Below are positions 24,087-29,970 of a stretch of DNA of 29,970 bases, piece after piece. This DNA comes from Octopus sinensis (lineage: Eukaryota), in contig NW_021834760.1 of assembly GCF_006345805.1 (NCBI RefSeq), positions 1 to 29,970 of the forward strand, read 5' to 3'. Numbering within the stretch: position 1 is the first letter of the stretch; every line of letters starts with the position of its first letter. A program made the position numbers and the translations under genes. The notes beneath the pieces were generated by a model, which worked only from the letters and a program-made list of their open reading frames with translations, did not search any database and was not told the DNA's origin.

Positions 24087-24305
24087 AAGAAGAAGAAGAA
24101 GAAGAAGAAGAAGAAGAAGAAGAAGAAGAAGAAGAGGAGAAAGAAGAAGAAGAAGAAGAAGAAGAAGAAGAAGAAAAGGAAGAAGAAGAAGAGGGGGAGA
24201 AAGAAGAACAAGAACAAGAACAAGAAGAACAACAACAACATCAACAACAACAACAGCAGCAGCAGCAGAAGCAGCGGCAGCAACAGCAACAACGATGACG
24301 ACGAC
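24087..24305. repeat. Compound trinucleotide array (GAA)n > (GAACAA)n > (CAA)n > (CAG)n > (ACG)n
   Basis: Direct reading. Confidence 0.97.
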
Positions 24306-24577
24306 AAAACTATAAATAAGAAAATGTTTTTTTTTCCTGAAGCGATGACAACACAGGCTTTCCAGGGCAAGACGACAACGGTTTAAAAGTGCAAGAACTC
24401 TCTTGCACGCCATGGAGTTATTGCGGTTTCTGGCAAAAAAGAAATCAAGGAGACTGGAAATTATAGCACTTATCTCCGACAGAAGTTGAAAGATGTCTAG
24501 AGAAAAAGCGAATGGTAGTATTTATCACTATATCAGGAAGGAAACAACATACGAGGACAAAATCATTTCGTATTATA

Positions 24578-25146
24578 TTGAGCTGTCCGGAAAGTTCGTG
24601 CCGATTTTTAAAAGAAAGAAAAGGTCAATAAATACTTGCCATTACATTTTTAATCAACCAAATATGAACCATTTTGTTGCACAATGTGTCTCCATTTTTG
24701 AAAACTCCAACTGAAAATACCCTCTTCCCAGAATTGAGGTGGTTTCATGGCAAAGAATTTATCAAGGTATCTTTTTTACGTCATCCAAGGAATTGAAATT
24801 TTTACCATTAAGTCTATTCTGCAGAGACCTGAATAAGTGGTAATCCGAAGGAGCAACATCTGGTGAATGTGGAGGGTGGGGTAACACATCCCAGCGAAGC
24901 TGCAGCATTGTTTTGTCTTGTTCCCAAAGCATCAAGGGCGAAACTGAACTTTCTTATCTTCCATTTTAAAGGGTTACAGAATTAACACAGGTTATAGGAA
25001 CATAATCCTTCTTCCACGAAAAGATAGCTTAAGCTGTGCTCTAAATGGAGGTGTAGTTAAATCCTATTTTATGGACTCAACCATGTTCTAAAATAAGTCG
25101 GAAGGTAAGCTACTATAAATCGGCACGAACTTTGCGGACAACCCAA
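24578..25146 (-). mobile_element. Internally deleted mariner (569 bp, MITE-like)
   Basis: TIRs TTGAGCTGTCCGGAAAGTTCGTGCCGATTT and (reverse complement) TTGGGTTGTCCGCAAAGTTCGTGCCGATTT, with TA at 24576-77 and 25147-48. ATG at 24964 (MEDKKVQFR) is joined directly to WDVLPHPPHSPDVAPSDYHLFRSLQN...GSYLVD* (24650). Confidence 0.93.
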
Positions 25147-25151
25147 TATGT

Positions 25152-25539
25152 GGATGGAAGCACTCCGTCGGTTACGACGACGAGGGTTCCGGTTGATCCA
25201 ATCAACAGAACAGCCTGCTCGTGAAATTAACGTGTAAGTGGCTGAGCACTCCACAGACACGTGTACCCTTAACGTAGTTCTCGGGGATATTCAGCGTAAC
25301 ACAGAGAGTGACAAGGCCGGCCCTTTGAGATACAGGTACAACAGAAACAGGAAGTAAGAGTGAGAGAAAGTTGTGGTGAAAGAGTACAGCAGGGATCACC
25401 ACCATCCCCTGTCGGAGCCTCGTGGAGCTTTTAGGTGTTTTCGCTCAATAAACACTCACAACGCCCGGTCTGGGAATCGAAACCGCGATCCTACGACCGC
25501 GAGTCCGCTGCCCGAACCACTGGGCCATTGCGCCTCCAC
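25152..25539 (-). mobile_element. tRNA-derived SINE, family E, 11-bp TSD
   Basis: A-box TGGCCCAGTGG and B-box GTTTCGATTCC. TSD ACCCAATATGT at 25141-25151 and 25540-25550. Tail shared with family D. Confidence 0.92.
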
Positions 25540-25952
25540 ACCCAATATGTAGAGGTTTCACAAAACCAGGCAATTCGGTTCAAGCACAACAATCTAAATA
25601 TATTACACTGAATACGTTTTAAATATTTTACATACACAATGCGATTCTCAATTTCTGATGTCTGGTGGCTTTTAAAACGGTTTATATTGGAATATCACAA
25701 ACACAAGAGAAATAACAACTTATAATAAACAAATCCGTGACAAACAGATATAAATGTATCACAGCTGGAATAGATTCTAATCTCTTCGCAGCGTGGCGAA
25801 TTTTGTTTAGAGATTACAAAGGGAATGATAAGAGAAACTGAACACTCTATCAGTTACACACTTTTCTTACCGCAGTAGTTGGAATGTATAAATGCATGTA
25901 TCAATGTATGCAACTTTATCTTATAGTTTTCTATTCTTTTATAGGCTGTAGC

Positions 25953-25956
<4 letters not shown>

Positions 25957-26012
<56 letters not shown>

Positions 26013-26222
26013 TATATATACATATACATAGATACAATATATATATATACATATACATAGATACACATATATATATATACATAGATACACATATATATAT
26101 AATATACATAGATACATATATATATATATATATATAGATATATATATATACATAGATACATATATATATATCTATATATATACATAGATTATAAATATAT
26201 CTAGATATATATACATATCTAC

Positions 26223-26281
<59 letters not shown>

Positions 26282-26393
26282 CATATATATATATATATAT
26301 AACATATAATATACATTCATACATATATATATACATACATATATACATATATATATATATACATACATATATATATATAATTATATATACATA

Positions 26394-26424
<31 letters not shown>

Positions 26425-26465
26425 CATAATATATATACATACATATATATATATATATATTATAT

Positions 26466-26498
<33 letters not shown>

Positions 26499-26500
26499 TA
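25957..26500. repeat. Long compound (TA)n microsatellite
   Basis: Direct reading. Confidence 0.97.
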
Positions 26501-26659
26501 TGTCATTGAGACCCAAAGGTGTCAAGTAATGCTGAATAAGTGCTATAGACAGACCATAGTAAGTTCCAGATTCGGTAATCTCTATTTTCTTTCCTCCACC
26601 TCACTCTCTATTTTGCATCACATTGAAACTAACTATGACTTAATTTTTCCTCTCACACC

Positions 26660-26714
26660 GTCTCCGATGAAGGGATATTATTATTACTTAATATTCTAGA
26701 AACAGCTGTAAGAC
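26660..26714 (+). ncRNA. Minimal type-I hammerhead ribozyme motif (U4C core variant)
   Basis: GUCU-CCGAUGA-A-GGGAUAUUA(uuauuacu)UAAUAUUCU-A-GAAA-CAGCUG-UA-AGAC. Helix I is 4 bp, helix II 9 bp, helix III is the palindrome ACAGCUGU, triplet GUA. Lies in a ~275-bp island between (TA)n tracts. Confidence 0.72.
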
Positions 26715-26787
26715 TTTCTATCTATAAATGCTCAAATATCTATACACCCTTGGTTTTTATCTTATTACGCAAAAAAATTATATATAT

Positions 26788-26835
<48 letters not shown>

Positions 26836-26904
26836 GAATATATATGATATGTATACATATAATCATGAATATATACATGTACATATTTATAGATAGAATG
26901 ATAG

Positions 26905-27062
26905 ATTATTTACATTATTTATATTTGACGGATATTTGTCCTCATCTTGTTTATTGTTAACACAACGTTTCGGCTGATATACCCTCCAGCATTCATCAGG
27001 TGTCTTGGGGAAATTTGGAACCTGGGTTCTCCTTCCTAAGGTATTTTCCAATGTTATTGCTG

Positions 27063-27128
<66 letters not shown>

Positions 27129-27198
27129 TCACTGCCTGGAATCGAACTCGGAATCTTGGGGTTAGCAGCCCGCTTTCTTAACCACTACGCCATATGCC
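26905..27198 (-). mobile_element. SINE-like unit: tRNA-derived head + (AAT)n + hammerhead module + short-repeat tail
   Basis: A-box TGGCGTAGTGG (27192-27182), B-box GTTCGATTCC (27147-27138), (AAT)n at 27124-27065, hammerhead at 27004-26959, tail AATAATGTAAATAAT. Confidence 0.85.
26959..27004 (-). ncRNA. Minimal type-I hammerhead ribozyme motif with intact core
   Basis: GACAC-CUGAUGA-AU-GCUG(gaggguauau)CAGC-C-GAAA-CG-UU-GUGUU. Helix III is the palindrome ACGU; triplet GUU. Confidence 0.8.
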
Positions 27199-27202
27199 CT
27201 TT

Positions 27203-27209
27203 TAGTGGT

Positions 27210-27240
<31 letters not shown>

Positions 27241-27410
27241 CAACATCGAAAAATACCTTAGGAAGGAGAACCCAAGTTCGAAATTTCCCCCAATACACCT
27301 GATGAAAGCTCGAGGGTATATCAGCCGAATTGTTGTGTTAGAAACAAACAGGATGAGAACAAATATCTCTCAAATGTAAAAAATGTAAATAATCTACATA
27401 ATGTACATAA
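27203..27410 (+). mobile_element. Inverted second copy of the (AAT)n + hammerhead module
   Basis: Reverse-complement homolog of 26905-27124. Hammerhead at 27295-27339 has GAAA>GAAU; only TAGTGGTT of the head remains. Confidence 0.85.
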
Positions 27411-27461
27411 TTCTTTATCTCTTAAATATAGAACCAGATATATGTATATATATGTGTGTGT

Positions 27462-27693
27462 GAGGGGGGGGGGCTTAGTGGTTAATGTGTCAGCATCATG
27501 ATCGTAAGATTGTGGTTTTGATTCCTGGATCGGGCAACGCGTTGTGTTCTGGAGCAAGACACTTCATTTCACGTTGCTCCAGTCCACTCAGATGGCAAAA
27601 ATGAGTAACGCTGTGATGGACTGACGTCCCATCCAGCTGGGGAACACATACGCCATGGAAACCGGGAAACCGGGCCAATGAGTCTGGCTAGGC

Positions 27694-27697
<4 letters not shown>
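27462..27697 (+). mobile_element. Family C SINE with (ATT)n tail
   Basis: Homologous to the reverse complement of 2194-2446. Confidence 0.88.
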
Positions 27698-27750
<53 letters not shown>

Positions 27751-27763
27751 CATTATTATTATT

Positions 27764-28318
27764 GAGTGAGAGAGCAGTGCATGCCATCAAAGTGACACTG
27801 GGGTAAAATATACGAAGCCCAGTATACCCATCATCACTCCCCGACTGATAAGGGTACACCAAGCACATGTATCACAACCATATGTGCACGACATGATGAT
27901 CTCATATCAAGATAAACAGCACATGGCCTTGTAGGTGGGGCCCAGTTAGAATTTTCTTCTGGTCGAGTAACCCATCCTGCTCAAAAGGTCCCTGAGTAAG
28001 AGTTGTTTAAGGATGTTGAACGAAACACCCATGTTTCCAGAGGTGAGTTATTCAAACCCCAAAGAATCCCTCTCAACACATGGCTATGATATTCCCCCAC
28101 TACTTCTGCTCATGATCAGAGATGCACATATCGTCAGCCACTAAGGGACATGCTCAACTGGTTAAGGTCAAACAACTGACAAGCAAATCTGTGGTATTGA
28201 GCAGAATATTTGCTGTAGCCCATCTTTTATACCAAGACAAAACAATGTACATGATAACACTTCCAATCAGATAAGATCAGAAGCCATGAGAACCACTGCC
28301 TGGTACTGCATCAGGGCA
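27764..28318 (-). mobile_element. Element H, ~555 bp, (AAT)n at both ends, no ORF
   Basis: Shares ~270 bp with 7470-7740. ATT arrays at 27698-27763 and 28319-28340. Confidence 0.75.
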
Positions 28319-28486
28319 TTTATTATTATTATTATTATTATATATTTATTCATATGTGCCAAAACATTGCGTGGGCAGTGTGTGCTAGAAGATACCTCCA
28401 TGAGGCAGTGTGCCAAGTGGCAACGCTGTGTTTACTTCGCAAGTGTTTCTGTGACCACGTGTATACTGTAGTCTGCGATTTTTGCC

Positions 28487-28768
28487 ATGGACAGGAAATT
28501 GGAACGATTAGACCACGTGAAATTTTGCGGTAGACATGAGATGTCTGCTACAGAGACATTTAGCATGCTTCGGCAAGCTTACGGCGATGTGGCATTGGCT
28601 CGTACGCAATGTTTCGAATGGCGCGCGCGCTTCAAAAGCGGAACAGCGTTCCTGAAAGACGATGAGCGATCTGGAAGTCCTGCCATGAGCGTCACCTCCG
28701 AAAATATTGAGAACATTCGTCAGCTGTGCATGAAGAGTGTTGGAGCTCAATCAACGACATTGCTGATG
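28487..28768 (+). pseudogene. 5' fragment of a fourth mariner transposase (HTH region)
   Basis: MDRKLE...MSATETFSMLRQAYGDVALARTQCFEWRARFKSG...KDDERSGSP...ENIENIRQL / VHEE...INDIAD, then lost at a GTT/CTT array. Confidence 0.85.
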
Positions 28769-28858
28769 TCTTGTTGTTGTTGTGTTGTTGTTGTTGTTGT
28801 TCTTCTTCTTCTTCTTCTTCTTCTTCTTCTTCTTTTCTTCTTCTTCTTCTTCTTCTTC

Positions 28859-29324
28859 CAATCAGGACTCACGCCATTAGCCACAAAGAATAATCTCTAA
28901 TTCGAGCCTACTCTAAGCAACTAAGAATGCGTGTGGCAACTTGAAGATCCACCCACGAAATGCGATAGCCTGCACAGGCGCGAAAGCTACGTTGTTATCC
29001 TCATTCCGTATACGGTGGCTTTTAACGGGTGCAAAGCTGAACCATCCGGGGATACAGAGGATTCGTAATCTAGACTAGGGTCTGAAAGTTTACCACACCA
29101 TAGTGGCTTACACCATGGTTCCTCTGCTTTGTGGCAGAAGTAGGAAGAAAGAGTGAGAGAAAGTTATGGTGAAAGAGTACAGCGGGGTTTACACACAGAG
29201 CCCCGCCGGAGCCTCGTGGAGCTTAGGTGTGTTTGCTCAATAAACACTCACAATGCCCGGTCTGGGAATGGAACCCACGTTCTTACGACCGCGAGTCCGC
29301 TACCCTAACCACTGGGCCATTGCG
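28859..29324 (-). mobile_element. Probable SINE family F: E-type head + unrelated body + (GAA)n/(CAA)n tail
   Basis: 29140-29324 aligns to 25345-25534. The GC-richer body runs without a break into CCTGATTGG(AAG)n. No convincing TSD, so unity of head and body is inferred. Confidence 0.6.
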
Positions 29325-29349
29325 TGATGAGTAAAACAAGTAAAAGAAG

Positions 29350-29382
<33 letters not shown>

Positions 29383-29420
29383 TGTATGTATTTATATATA
29401 CAGTCTGGAGACTGTCAGAA

Positions 29421-29482
29421 TGATGAAGACACCTCTGATGAAAGCCCAGAATGGTTTGAAAATCGATTAAGGTTGTTCGTCA
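29421..29482 (+). ncRNA. Minimal type-I hammerhead ribozyme motif with intact core
   Basis: ACCU-CUGAUGA(29435-41)-AAGCC(cagaau)GGUUU-GAAA(29458-61)-AUCGAU-UA-AGGU. Helix III is the palindrome AAUCGAUU. Helix I is extended by UGAUGAA/UUCGUCA; triplet UUA. Confidence 0.8.
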
Positions 29483-29579
29483 TTTTTTAGACAACGGCGG
29501 TGCATCAGCTTGCTTGCAGCTCCGAGCTGAAACCACAGAAAAAAATTATATGCATGTGGTGTTATGTGTATATATATAA

Positions 29580-29651
<72 letters not shown>

Positions 29652-29888
29652 TGTATATACATATATGTATGCATGCGTTGTGTAGTGTATATATAGATAT
29701 GTGTGTGTGTACACACAGAATTTATGTTCATGTGCGTATGTATGTATATGCGTGTCTACAGTCCAAAGGTCTCTGTATTAGAAAATATTACAATAACGAT
29801 CTGAGATGTGAATATTTGTGTGTATGTGTGTGTGCTCGCACGTGTGTGTGCGTCTACATATTTCGTATACATATATGTGTATATGTTT

Positions 29889-29924
<36 letters not shown>

Positions 29925-29970
29925 CTATATATATATACGTACAGTTCAGTTGTGGGATCAGATATGAAGA

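Noticed and set aside
24056-24298. Poly-E/poly-Q ORF and overlapping poly-R, poly-L and poly-F ORFs
   Set aside because: All frames are open only because trinucleotide repeats lack stops; no non-repeat coding context or splice signals.
27125-27198. Functional tRNA gene
   Set aside because: A and B boxes are present but the acceptor stem and T-arm do not close, and it runs into (AAT)n. Treated as a SINE head, as are all other tRNA-like heads here.
28100-28140. CTGACGA on the minus strand of element H as a hammerhead
   Set aside because: No GAAA at the right distance and no helix I.

Overview
Eukaryotic, very AT-rich, repeat-saturated non-coding DNA (intergenic or deep intronic). The tRNA-derived SINE families and repeat mix look like a coleoid cephalopod (octopus) genome; that is pattern recognition, not a database result. 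I see no intact host gene. Most ORFs in the track are microsatellite or SINE artefacts, and several real relics were missed by it. Contents: (1) four unrelated mariner elements (two full-length but decayed, one internally deleted, one 5' fragment); (2) three Penelope-like (PLE) GIY-YIG endonuclease relics, plus RTE, Dong/R4 and L1-Tx1 LINE relics; (3) more than 20 tRNA-SINE copies from families that swap heads and tails, several with clear target-site duplications (TSDs); (4) many TA, GATA, ATT and GAA microsatellites and a ~614-bp tandem duplication. Three observations stand out. Seven minimal type-I hammerhead ribozyme motifs from five unrelated sequence families are present, each family with a palindromic helix III. 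One sits in a SINE-like unit of tRNA head + (AAT)n + hammerhead. A mariner lies at the apex of a near-perfect ~400-bp palindrome.
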